Positions 51,470 through 61,136 of a stretch of 64,000 nt of DNA are shown here, piece by piece. Position numbers and translations under genes: made by a program. Positions within the stretch are counted from its first letter, which is position 1, and each line of letters begins with the position of its first letter. Under the pieces are notes generated by a model. The model made no database searches. It was not told the origin of the DNA and saw only the letters and a list, made by a program, of their open reading frames with translations. This DNA is from an uncultured delta proteobacterium (GTDB taxonomy: Bacteria; Desulfobacterota; Syntrophia; Syntrophales; Smithellaceae), in NCBI GenBank assembly GCA_963753975.1, contig CAVWEH010000002.1, positions 224,001 through 288,000 on the forward strand. Reading direction: 5' to 3'.

Positions 51470-53084
51470 GGCTTAGCCCCCCATAATTGTAGCACCATAC
51501 AAATTCCACCGTATCCACCTTTGCCTTGCGCAGGATTATATCAGTTTTGCCAGCTACTTCTACACGTTCGCAACGAGCATACTTTTCAATATTTAAATTA
51601 TTAAAATAAGTGTTGAGAAAAAGAAGATCGTAACCGATAGGCGTTTTCTTTTGCCAGATATCAAATTGATCCTGGCGATTATCAATAACGAATACTTCAT
51701 CCTTGTAGGGCAAACTGTAATATATCGTCCTGCTGCCCATCGTCCAATTACTAACGGCAATGGCTTTTTTCGCGGTTGTTTTATCGTCCTTTAATATCGT
51801 ATCCGCTTGTCTTATAATTTGCGGAAATCCATAAATATCACGGAAGGGAGATTTATAATCGGGAAAAGTAAAAAATTTTCCGGTAAGTTCTGCATATACA
51901 AGCAAGGTCAAAACGAGGCTTAATCCAATGGAAAAATTAAGAAAGTATTTTTTCGATTTTTCTTTAGATATAAATAAAAGATAGACGCCGACAAGAATGA
52001 ACAGCACATATAAAATGTACCAAAGGGACATCTCCCGTTTTATCGGTGACATAAACAAAGGATAGGCGCCACCAGATATAAGCAACACATAAGACAACAC
52101 ATTTAAAATGCAAAAAAAGTATATCTCCCATTTTTTCGGAGGTGTAAATAAATAATATATCCCGACAGGTATGAAGAGTAAATAAAACACAGCCGGCCAA
52201 TGGGGAAGTGTTCTTTCAAAAAATGACGTGAGCAGAAAGAAAAGCAGAATCGTGCCGCCGAATAAAACTGCCAGACGCAGATAATCGTCGCGTGTATGCC
52301 GCACCTGGAAAAAACCATAAAAGGCAATTATAAATAAGAAAGGGTTATACGCGCCGAATTGTGCAGCCAATGATTCGAAAAAATTAGAAATACTACTGGA
52401 CAGAGAACCAAACACATGAGAGCCCTGATAGCGAAAACTGATAAAATCATGCGTGATATTCCAGTAAATAACGGGTGTGATGAGAATCAAGGCTATAAAA
52501 GCAGCTAAAAACATATAGGGGGAAAAGATTATATCGTATCTTTTTTTTACTGCAAAAAAAATTATTAGCGGCGGTACAAGCAAAATTGAAGTGTACTTCG
52601 TCAGTCCCATTAACCCCAAGAGAATACCCAGCAAAATAAAATCCAGCGGTTTTTTTTCACGGACAATTTTCTCAGCAATAAAAATTAGCGGAAAAATAAA
52701 GAGCAGAAGGAGAGAATCCGGTAACAGCATCAGACCCAATACATTGAACATAAAAGAACAATTCAATGCCAGAACCGCCAATAATGACACTGGCGTTGAT
52801 TTAGTCATTCGGAGAACAAAAATATACGCGCAATAGGAAGTAATGGCAAAAATCAAAATAGCCGGCAGACGCGCTAAAAATTCATTTGTGCCCAGAAGAT
52901 AAAAAAACGGGGCATGCACCCAGCCGACAAGCGGCGGATGATCGACATAGCTCAAGTCAAGATATTTAGCGTATAAAACATAGTGAGCTTCATCAACTCC
53001 CAGTCCGAAAAAAGGTGACACTGCAAGACGAATCAGAGTGAAAAAGCCGATCAGCAGGAATATTTTTTTATTTTCTTTTGGCAT
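51462..53084 (-). CDS. Second ArnT/PMT-like (GT39/GT83) membrane glycosyltransferase
   Basis: DEAHY, YVDHPPLVGW and LTKYT motifs; more than 12 TM helices. Confidence 0.82.
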   Translation of the reverse strand: MPKENKKIFLLIGFFTLIRLAVSPFFGLGVDEAHYVLYAKYLDLSYVDHPPLVGWVHAPFFYLLGTNEFLARLPAILIFAITSYCAYIFVLRMTKSTPVSLLAVLALNCSFMFNVLGLMLLPDSLLLLFIFPLIFIAEKIVREKKPLDFILLGILLGLMGLTKYTSILLVPPLIIFFAVKKRYDIIFSPYMFLAAFIALILITPVIYWNITHDFISFRYQGSHVFGSLSSSISNFFESLAAQFGAYNPFLFIIAFYGFFQVRHTRDDYLRLAVLFGGTILLFFLLTSFFERTLPHWPAVFYLLFIPVGIYYLFTPPKKWEIYFFCILNVLSYVLLISGGAYPLFMSPIKREMSLWYILYVLFILVGVYLLFISKEKSKKYFLNFSIGLSLVLTLLVYAELTGKFFTFPDYKSPFRDIYGFPQIIRQADTILKDDKTTAKKAIAVSNWTMGSRTIYYSLPYKDEVFVIDNRQDQFDIWQKKTPIGYDLLFLNTYFNNLNIEKYARCERVEVAGKTDIILRKAKVDTVEFVWCYNYGGLSLD

Positions 53085-54300
53085 TAATCTTCTCTAAAGC
53101 AGATTTAATCTCCGCAAATACTCTTTCGGGTTTAATGACCTGGAGGCAGACATTATCCATACAAGCGGTCTTGCGATGATTCGCTGCGCTCACGCACGGC
53201 GAACAAGCGAGGCCCGCGTAAATTGGCGTTGTCCTCCCCAATGATCCGTAAAGGGCTGGCGTCTCCGGACCAAAAATGACAAATGTAGGCATGTTCGTTA
53301 CCGCAGCAAAATGCGGTGGGCCGGAATCGTTGGTCACCATGAATTCGGATACACTGTAGAGCGGTGGAAGCTGGTCCAGCGTCACTCGACCTGCAAAATT
53401 TATACACCTTTCTGCCTGCACTTCATTTCTGAGGCGCTCGGCTTCTTCCCTTTCCTGCTGATCGCCCGTAATTAAAACTATTGCCCGAGAGCAATTCTCC
53501 AAAATCATTTTAATTAATTGTGCGTAGTATGCCTGCGGCCAACGCCGCTGGATAAGAAGTTCGCTGGCGTTGGGATTAATCAAAATGATTTTGTGCTTTT
53601 CCGGATTGAATTGGCCGAAAGAACTGCGAATAATATCTATAATTGGCTTCTTCGCCGAAGGTGAAAATTTAAGTTTGGTCAAAACAATTTCATCGTCGGT
53701 AACCAGCGTTTTCGAGTAGGGAACTTCCCTTTCAGGAGCAAGAAGAGCATTGATCATAGCAATAAAATTCTTGGCAATATGAATATGAGGATTGTATGCT
53801 ACCTTATGCGACAAAAAGTCGCCGCGATAAAGCCCTTCATTAAAATATGCGTGAAAACCGACTTTATTGGGCGCGCCGCTGAATCCCGTAAGCAGGGCCG
53901 TGAAGCGAGAAAAAAGCTCCAGATCGATTACGGCATCAATTTTTTTCTGACGAGTCCAGAAAAAGAATTTCAGCGTATCAAACGCAAAAGACAGTAAATT
54001 TCCTTCACGAAACGAATAAATATTTTCCTCGGCAACTGTTTTCAGTAAATCCAGACTGGGCTTATTTTTTTTAAAAATGGCGAAATAGATATTAGCGCCG
54101 GTTTTTTTTTGCAGCTTTCTCATCGCGGGATCGACTAAAATGGCGCTGCCCATTTCCGATAATTCGATAAAAAGTACGTTGAGTAAAGGTTTCCTTTCGC
54201 GCCTGCCCAACAATTCAACAGCTTTCTGATATAATGTTCCCAAAAAGCAAAGAGGAACGCCAACGTAATAATCAATCCGGCGCATGTTATCAACTTTCAT
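53068..54300 (-). CDS. GT9-family (ADP-heptose:LPS heptosyltransferase-like) glycosyltransferase
   Basis: LSEMGSAIL, INPNAS...RRWP, TNDSGPPHFAA, IFGPE and CSPC motifs. Start placed at MKVDNMRRID. Confidence 0.85.
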   Translation of the reverse strand: MKVDNMRRIDYYVGVPLCFLGTLYQKAVELLGRRERKPLLNVLFIELSEMGSAILVDPAMRKLQKKTGANIYFAIFKKNKPSLDLLKTVAEENIYSFREGNLLSFAFDTLKFFFWTRQKKIDAVIDLELFSRFTALLTGFSGAPNKVGFHAYFNEGLYRGDFLSHKVAYNPHIHIAKNFIAMINALLAPEREVPYSKTLVTDDEIVLTKLKFSPSAKKPIIDIIRSSFGQFNPEKHKIILINPNASELLIQRRWPQAYYAQLIKMILENCSRAIVLITGDQQEREEAERLRNEVQAERCINFAGRVTLDQLPPLYSVSEFMVTNDSGPPHFAAVTNMPTFVIFGPETPALYGSLGRTTPIYAGLACSPCVSAANHRKTACMDNVCLQVIKPERVFAEIKSALEKINAKRK

Positions 54301-54514
54301 GGGCAAGCAACTCTTATCCTTTCTAGAATCGGCATTGTGCTGAAATTCGAGGGGAATATAGGCAAAATAGCGACGGCTGTCAATAAAACATTGCAACAAT
54401 ACCGGTTTTTACATAATTTTTAAGAAAGTATTAAGACGTTTTACTTGGCCACCATGTTTTGCTTGAGAAAATTAGCCAATACATGTTAATTTAAAAAAAT
54501 AGTGGTTCAAATAC

Positions 54515-55672
54515 ATGCGTAAAATTATTGACAGATATATATTTAAAGAAATAGCCATACCTTTTATCATTATCTTATTTGTCTTGACCTTCGTCCTGCT
54601 CATGGGGAAAATCCTGCAAATAATGGACTTAATGGTCAATAAGGGTATTAGCGTATTTTCCATCGCCGAGCTCATTATCTTTCTTTTACCTTCGTTCATG
54701 TTGTTCACCATACCCATCGCGCTTTTGATTGCTATACTCATCGCCATGGGGCGATTATCCGCCGATAACGAAATAACGGCAATTAGAGCTTCAGGCGTCA
54801 GTTTATTGCAAATTTATTACCCTGTGGCAATTGCTTCTTTGGCTACATTTATTTTCACCATATTTATAAGCAATTTTCTTGTGCCGTATAGCAATTTTGC
54901 CACTAAACGTTTGCTTTTCGAAATTGCTTCCCAAAACGCGAGCATCGGCATAAAAGAAAAAGTCTTCAATGCTGATTTTAAAGGTCTTTTGCTTTATGCG
55001 GATAAAATTCCTCTTGATGGCAAATACATGGAAGGAGTCATTGTTTCCGATAGCCGTATTATCGGCGAACAAAACACAATTTTTGCTAAAAAAGCTTTTC
55101 TTATATCCGATCCGGATTTGATGATAGTAAAATTAAGACTGGAAAACGGTTCCGTTCACACAGTGAGTTCAGATTTAAAAAATTATCGCAGGATCGATTT
55201 TCAAAGTTACGATATCAATCTTAATTTATCAACTGCCATTGCCAGCATGCGTGAAGATTCAAAATCAAGTACGGAAATGACGATGGGCGAACTGCTGGAA
55301 AAGATGAAAAAACCGGGTCTTGATCAAGCTTCCATCCGCGAGTTGGCTATTGAAGTGCACAAAAAATTTTCTATTCCTCTTTCTTGTATTTTCTTCGGTC
55401 TTCTGGCTTTGCCACTGGGCATAAGAAGTCATCGAGCTGTAAAATCACGCGGCTTTGCCGTTGGCCTTATAGTTGTTTCTTTATATTACCTGTTGCGCAT
55501 CGGCGGCGAAGCTCTTGTAGAAACCGGCCGTCTTTCTACAGTAATCGGCGTCTGGACGCCAAATTTAACTTTTGCCTCGCTGGGTGTTTATCTTTTTTAT
55601 ACGGCTTATAAAGAGATATCGCTCTCGCATATGATAAAAATTTTTCTTTGGCGCAAAACTCTAAATAATTAA
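54515..55672 (+). CDS. lptF: LPS export permease LptF
   Basis: IIDRYIFKE and GRLSADNEITAIRASGVS motifs; 3+3 TM topology. Confidence 0.9.
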   Translation: MRKIIDRYIFKEIAIPFIIILFVLTFVLLMGKILQIMDLMVNKGISVFSIAELIIFLLPSFMLFTIPIALLIAILIAMGRLSADNEITAIRASGVSLLQIYYPVAIASLATFIFTIFISNFLVPYSNFATKRLLFEIASQNASIGIKEKVFNADFKGLLLYADKIPLDGKYMEGVIVSDSRIIGEQNTIFAKKAFLISDPDLMIVKLRLENGSVHTVSSDLKNYRRIDFQSYDINLNLSTAIASMREDSKSSTEMTMGELLEKMKKPGLDQASIRELAIEVHKKFSIPLSCIFFGLLALPLGIRSHRAVKSRGFAVGLIVVSLYYLLRIGGEALVETGRLSTVIGVWTPNLTFASLGVYLFYTAYKEISLSHMIKIFLWRKTLNN

Positions 55673-55682
55673 GGATTATAGA

Positions 55683-56762
55683 TTGAAGATAATTGACAGA
55701 TATATTATCAGGGAATTCATTAAATTATTCGCGATTATTTGTATCACTTTTATTGCCCTTTATTTGATTGTCGACTTTTTTGATAAAATACGAATGTTTC
55801 TCAGCAATAATGCGTCGATTGCGCAAATGGCATCATATTTTTTATACTCCATTCCAATGATTATTTCTCTTGTTTTACCTTCCGCCGTTCTTTTAGCAAC
55901 GCTGATGACGTACGGCTCATTTTCCAAACATAATGAAATAACAGCGATGAAAGCGAACGGAATTAGCCTTTATAGAATTTCCCTTCCCGCCCTCATTTTC
56001 GCGGCCGTATTAGCTGTTTTTCTATTCTATTTCAGCGAGCTGATAACGCCGGCATCGATACAAAAAACTGAAAATATCATAAAAATTGAAGTTCAAAAAC
56101 AGCGGGCACAGGGTTTCTTTAAGCAAAATGAGATTTGGTACCGTTCGGGAAATGCGATTTATAATTTCAAAATGTTTGATGTTGACAATGACACTTTACG
56201 CGGCGTAACTATTAATTATTTAAATCCCGATTTTACTTTAAATATGCGTATAGATGCCCAAAGCGCTGAATGGAAAGATAACCATTGGGTTTTTTATGAC
56301 CTACTTATCACTACTTTTGACAAAAATAATATTCCCGTCTTAGAGCGATCAGAAGAGAAAATTATAAATATCCCTGAAAAACCTAACGATTTTAAAATAA
56401 TACAAAAAGACGCGGAAAAGATGGGCTATTTCGAACTGAGAAAATATGTCCAGAAAATACAAGCCGAAGGATATGACGTCACCAGATATCTGGTAGATTT
56501 ACAGGGAAAAATTGCTTTTCCTCTCGTAACGATAATACTTGTTTTTATTGGTGTCTTTTTTTCTCTACGCTCGGAAAGAAGCGGTGGTGTAATGCAAAGC
56601 GTGGGAATTGGTATTTTTATTGGATTTTCCTATTGGATAGTCTATGCGTTTAGTATGTCTTTGGGGCGCTCCGGAACACTATCTCCCTTTATAGCCGCCT
56701 GGTTGGCCAATATACTTTTCATTTCGGCCGCTTTAGTATTATTTCATAAAGCACGTACTTAG
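55683..56762 (+). CDS. lptG: LPS export permease LptG
   Basis: IIDRYIIRE, HNEITAMKANGISL and AAWLAN motifs; tandem with lptF. Confidence 0.9.
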   Translation: MKIIDRYIIREFIKLFAIICITFIALYLIVDFFDKIRMFLSNNASIAQMASYFLYSIPMIISLVLPSAVLLATLMTYGSFSKHNEITAMKANGISLYRISLPALIFAAVLAVFLFYFSELITPASIQKTENIIKIEVQKQRAQGFFKQNEIWYRSGNAIYNFKMFDVDNDTLRGVTINYLNPDFTLNMRIDAQSAEWKDNHWVFYDLLITTFDKNNIPVLERSEEKIINIPEKPNDFKIIQKDAEKMGYFELRKYVQKIQAEGYDVTRYLVDLQGKIAFPLVTIILVFIGVFFSLRSERSGGVMQSVGIGIFIGFSYWIVYAFSMSLGRSGTLSPFIAAWLANILFISAALVLFHKART

Positions 56763-56821
56763 TACTACCCCTAAAATAGTATTCGGGAGATTGACGATCT
56801 GGATTCTTAAGAACCCGTAAA

Positions 56822-58246
56822 CTAATATCTATAGTATTCCGGTTTAAATGGACCTTCAACCGATAGGCCTAGATAATCTGCCTGTTTTCGCGTTAGTTTG
56901 GTCACGCGCGCACCCAATCTACCTAAATGCACCCGGGCGACTTCTTCATCCAATATCTTCGGTAAAGTGAAAACGCCGATTTTATGTTTCTTTGTGGCCA
57001 GTTCTATTTGCGCCAGGCATTGATTGGTAAAGCTGTTACTCATGACAAAGCTCGGATGACCGGTCGCACATCCCAGATTAACCAATCTGCCTTCCGCTAA
57101 TACTATTATGGAACGTCCCGATTTAAGTTTCCACTTATCCACCTGCGGTTTAATATTCTCTTTTTTACAGAATTTGCTTGTCTCTAAATATTGCATGCCG
57201 ATTTCACTGTCAAAATGGCCGATATTGCAGACGATAGCTTCATCTTTCATCATTTCCATGTGTTTACCGGTAATGACGTCGCAACAGCCGGTGGCAGTCA
57301 CAAAAATATCGCCGCTGGCCGCCACTTCTTCCAATGTCCGGATTTCATATCCTTCCATCGCCGCTTGCAGCGCGCAAATCGGATCGATTTCCGTAATAAT
57401 TACTCGTGCTCCAAAACCTCTCATGGATTGGGCGCATCCTTTCCCGACATCTCCATATCCGCAAACAACAACGACTTTGCCGGCAATCATTACATCAGTC
57501 GCTCTTTTAATACCGTCGGCAAGCGATTCGCGGCATCCGTAAAGATTATCGAATTTTGATTTTGTGACCGAGTCATTAACGTTTATTGCCGGAAACAATA
57601 GTTCCCCCGCCGCTTGCATTTGATAAAGACGATGCACTCCTGTCGTTGTTTCTTCGGAAACGCCACGAATATTCGCGGCCGCTCTTTGCCATCTCTGCGG
57701 ATCACATTTTGCCGATTTCTCCAATCGGGAAATAATTATTTTAAATTCTTTATTCTCAATCTTCTTTTTTAGTAGTTGCGGGGTTCTTTCGATCCTGACC
57801 CCCTCGTGAATAAATAACGTTGCATCACCGCCGTCGTCAACGATTAAATCGGGACCGGAACCATCCGGCCACGTTAGAGCCTGTTCGGTACACCACCAAT
57901 ATTCCTCCAGAGATTCGCCTTTCCAGGCAAAAATCGCTGCAGAACCGGCTTTGGCTATTGCTGCAGCGGCATGATCCTGGGTCGAAAAAATATTACAGGA
58001 GGCCCAGCGAAGATCTGCGCCTAATTCTTTTAGTGTCTCAATGAGCATAGCAGTTTGGATAGTCATATGCAGAGAGCCCATTATTTTCAATCCATGAAGA
58101 GGCTTCTTGCGGCCGTATTTTTCGCGTATAGCCATCAGGCCGGGCATTTCATTTTCCGCCAATTGCATTTCTTTCCGGCCAAACGACGCCAGGGAAATAT
58201 CGGCAATTTTGTATTTTAGAGCCCTATCAACTTCCAGAAACACCAT
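56822..58246 (-). CDS. ahcY: Adenosylhomocysteinase
   Basis: [34 protein letters not shown] and GYGDVGKG motifs. Confidence 0.97.
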   Translation of the reverse strand: MVFLEVDRALKYKIADISLASFGRKEMQLAENEMPGLMAIREKYGRKKPLHGLKIMGSLHMTIQTAMLIETLKELGADLRWASCNIFSTQDHAAAAIAKAGSAAIFAWKGESLEEYWWCTEQALTWPDGSGPDLIVDDGGDATLFIHEGVRIERTPQLLKKKIENKEFKIIISRLEKSAKCDPQRWQRAAANIRGVSEETTTGVHRLYQMQAAGELLFPAINVNDSVTKSKFDNLYGCRESLADGIKRATDVMIAGKVVVVCGYGDVGKGCAQSMRGFGARVIITEIDPICALQAAMEGYEIRTLEEVAASGDIFVTATGCCDVITGKHMEMMKDEAIVCNIGHFDSEIGMQYLETSKFCKKENIKPQVDKWKLKSGRSIIVLAEGRLVNLGCATGHPSFVMSNSFTNQCLAQIELATKKHKIGVFTLPKILDEEVARVHLGRLGARVTKLTRKQADYLGLSVEGPFKPEYYRY

Positions 58247-58291
58247 CTTTCCTCCACTCTTTTTTTCTTACGGTTACTTTTCGTAGGTTGA

Positions 58292-59473
58292 CTATTTTTT
58301 TAGCGTCTTTTTCAGGGCTTCTATTTTATCCGTTTTTTCCCACAAATAATTCGCGTCCAAGAACAAAGTCCTGGGGATTTTTTTATATATGTCGCCTTTC
58401 AGCAGATCAAACTTTTCAATCATTCCTTTCGGCGTTAAATCAAATACCTGATTGACAACTCCCGCGATCTTTTCATCCGGCATAATTCCCGTCCCAAAAG
58501 TATTTACATATATTGAGATAGGCTGTGCTATTCCTATCGCATAAGCAAGTTGCACGGAACATTTCTTCGCCAGCCCTGCGCCGACAATGTTTTTCGCGAC
58601 ATATCTTGCACCGAAGGCTGCCGAGCAATCTACTTTTTCCGGCGTTTTATTAACAATGGAACCGCCGCCTAACTGAGCACCCGGGTAACCTCCATAAAGC
58701 TGCACGACTAATTTGCGTCCGGTAACACCGGAATCCGCTGCCGAACAGGAGTTGATAGCATTCCACTCACCGGTCGGATTAAAGATAAATTTTGTTCTAT
58801 CATTTATCCAGTCGCCTAAACAATCAAAGGCAATCTGACGGGCCTGTTCTTCAACTGACGAGCGAAATTTGTCCGGCACCTGGCGATAATCTATGGCGTT
58901 GGACATAAGTACGGTGGTCACTCTTTGGGGACGCCAATCGGCGCTATAGTCGACCGTAACCTGCCCCTTTCCATCCGGAGCAAAAATAGGATTGCCGCAA
59001 TTTTCAAAAGCACGCATCATCTTATTGACCAGGACGTACGTCAGAGGCAACAATTCTGGAGTTTCGTCACAGGCAAAACCGTAAATAATGCCTTGATCCC
59101 CTGCTCCGATTTCCTTGTGTTTTCCTAAATCCGCTCTTGTCCCGATATTGATGTCGGGCGATTGCGGAATGATCGCGTTTAGTATACCCATCGAACTGCC
59201 GTTAAGACCCAAATCGGAATCGCGATAACCGATGCCCAGAACTGTTTGGCGTACCGTTTTTTCAATATCAATGTAAACTCGAGTGGAAACTTCACCTCCA
59301 ACAACACAAAGGCCTTTCCCTAAAAATACTTCCAGACCACAGTGCGGCATGCAGTTTATGTCCATGCCTATTCTATTCTCTTCATTTAATATCGAGGCGA
59401 TAATGTTTGCAGCGATGGAATCAGATACTATATCCGGATGACCTATTTTTACACTTTCCGATGTAATTTGCAT
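58292..59473 (-). CDS. metK: S-adenosylmethionine synthetase (divergent)
   Basis: TSESV..GHPD, QSPDI, GAGDQG, PDGK, TGRK and KVD motifs; AAGGAG SD before ATG 59473; adjacent to ahcY. Confidence 0.88.
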   Translation of the reverse strand: MQITSESVKIGHPDIVSDSIAANIIASILNEENRIGMDINCMPHCGLEVFLGKGLCVVGGEVSTRVYIDIEKTVRQTVLGIGYRDSDLGLNGSSMGILNAIIPQSPDINIGTRADLGKHKEIGAGDQGIIYGFACDETPELLPLTYVLVNKMMRAFENCGNPIFAPDGKGQVTVDYSADWRPQRVTTVLMSNAIDYRQVPDKFRSSVEEQARQIAFDCLGDWINDRTKFIFNPTGEWNAINSCSAADSGVTGRKLVVQLYGGYPGAQLGGGSIVNKTPEKVDCSAAFGARYVAKNIVGAGLAKKCSVQLAYAIGIAQPISIYVNTFGTGIMPDEKIAGVVNQVFDLTPKGMIEKFDLLKGDIYKKIPRTLFLDANYLWEKTDKIEALKKTLKK

Positions 59474-59687
59474 GCCTAAAATCTCCTTGTATATATGTTT
59501 TTTCGCCAGCGCCAAAATACGATGGAAGCAATTAACACATATATGTATTTTAGTTAAATGATTTTTTCAATTTATAATAGATTTTATATTAAGAGCGTAA
59601 TCTGTCGAAAAAGATAAGAAATAGTACCGCGGTAATCGATTAATATTCTTAATGATTAGCTTAATCTTCAATAATCGATTATTAAAT

Positions 59688-60044
59688 TTAACTGACTTTT
59701 TTTATTTTATTTTTATCGTCAACCAGAACACATTTAGGGTGCCATTTTGTTGCGTCTTTATCATCAACCGTAACATAAGTGGCAATAATAATTAAATCTC
59801 CTTTAGATACCTTGCGCGCAGCGGCGCCATTGAGACAAATTGTCCCGGAGTTCCGCTTTGCTTTTATGGTATACGTGGAAAACCTTTCCCCGTTGGAAAT
59901 ATTGTATATGGCCACTTTTTCATAAGGTACAATCTCGGCTTCTTGCATAAGTGTTTCATCAACGGAAATGCTGCCTTCATAGTGTAAGTCGGCATTCGTT
60001 ACTGTAGCGCGATGTATTTTCGATTTTAACATAAATCTTTGCAT
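59688..60044 (-). CDS. panD: Aspartate 1-decarboxylase
   Basis: KSKIHRATVT, YEGS (Gly-Ser cleavage site) and LNGAAAR motifs. Confidence 0.97.
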   Translation of the reverse strand: MQRFMLKSKIHRATVTNADLHYEGSISVDETLMQEAEIVPYEKVAIYNISNGERFSTYTIKAKRNSGTICLNGAAARKVSKGDLIIIATYVTVDDKDATKWHPKCVLVDDKNKIKKVS

Positions 60045-60062
60045 ATAATATCACTCCTAAGG

Positions 60063-60929
60063 CTATGAATTATATAACTTCTCACCAAAAACGTGATTAT
60101 CGATCAGTCTCGTTGTCCCCACTTTTACAGCCAACGCTATAACCGCGTCGCCTGTAATTACATCAATATCGGTAAGCGTTTTCGTATCGCATATTTTTAT
60201 ATAATCGATATCGGTATAGGGAGCGTTGGTAATTAATTTTTTCGCCTGATTTATTACAACGGAAGCACTTCTTTCTCCGCCTGCATAAAGCTTTTGCGCT
60301 AATTTAAGAGAAGCAACCAGCTTTAAAGCCGAAGGCTTCTCGCTTTCTTTCAAATAAACATTGCGGGAACTCATGGCTAGCCCATTGGTCTCGCGCACAG
60401 TAGGCAATCCGACTATTTGCAGATCAAGGTTTAGATCAGCAACCATCTGTTTTATAGCGATAAATTGCTGAAAATCTTTTCTCCCGAAAACGGAGATATG
60501 TGGCTTGACAATATTAAAGAGTTTGGCGCATACGGTTGTTACGCCACGAAAATGGCCGGAACGCGATAACCCGCATAAATTTTTGGTCACTTTTTCCACA
60601 TTCACATAGGTTTGATAATTTTCCGGGTACATTTCTTTATCTGTTGGATAAAAAATCACATCAACACTGACACTTTCCGCCATCATTAGATCGTGATCAA
60701 AATCACGCGGATATTTAGATAAATCTTCTTTCGGTCCAAATTGCGTGGGATTGACATAGATACTTACGATTGAATAATCGGCCATTTTTTTTGCTTCTCT
60801 CATAAGATTAAGATGCCCTTCATGGAAATAGCCCATAGTTGGAACAAATGCTAATCGTTTCCCTTTAAGCCTTAGCGCTTCCGAGTAACATTGCATCTCA
60901 TTTATTGAATTGATAATTTTTGCTGTCAT
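60063..60929 (-). CDS. panC: Pantoate--beta-alanine ligase
   Basis: VPTMGYFHEGH, NPTQF, FGRKDFQQ, GLAMSSRN and RLIDN motifs. Confidence 0.97.
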   Translation of the reverse strand: MTAKIINSINEMQCYSEALRLKGKRLAFVPTMGYFHEGHLNLMREAKKMADYSIVSIYVNPTQFGPKEDLSKYPRDFDHDLMMAESVSVDVIFYPTDKEMYPENYQTYVNVEKVTKNLCGLSRSGHFRGVTTVCAKLFNIVKPHISVFGRKDFQQFIAIKQMVADLNLDLQIVGLPTVRETNGLAMSSRNVYLKESEKPSALKLVASLKLAQKLYAGGERSASVVINQAKKLITNAPYTDIDYIKICDTKTLTDIDVITGDAVIALAVKVGTTRLIDNHVFGEKLYNS

Positions 60930-60938
60930 TTTAAAATT

Positions 60939-60971
60939 AAAAAAGCCCCACGTCGCAAGACGAGAGGCTTT
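60939..60971 (-). terminator. Leader terminator upstream of panC
   Basis: AAAGCCTC-T-CGTC-TTGC-GACG-T-GGGGCTTTTTT, ending about 10 nt before the ATG. Confidence 0.75.
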
Positions 60972-60999
60972 ATAATAGTCTTTTTGATTCTCTTTTTCC

Positions 61000-61033
61000 T
61001 TCCGTCCCGGTCCTTACGGATCCAAGCGTGGAT
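61000..61033 (-). ncRNA. pan RNA motif (cis-regulatory leader of pantothenate genes)
   Basis: CGCTTGGATCC-GTAA-GGACCGGGACG hairpin with bulged As and a GNRA loop, between a promoter and a terminator upstream of panC. Confidence 0.7.
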
Positions 61034-61035
61034 CA

Positions 61036-61065
61036 ATATTAACAGTATTTAATAATTTTTGTCAA
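61036..61065 (-). promoter_or_regulatory. Sigma70 promoter of panCD
   Basis: TTGACA-N18-TAATAT with an extended TG. Confidence 0.5.
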
Positions 61066-61136
61066 GAAAATAAATTTGGGGTCAAACGATCATCAAAGCT
61101 GCCGTATTTTTCCCCTGAATGTCCTTTTTGATTTAT

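Noticed and set aside
59474..59687. SAM riboswitch upstream of metK
   Set aside because: A TTCTTATC stretch is present, but the rest of the SAM-I core is absent and the region is AT-rich.
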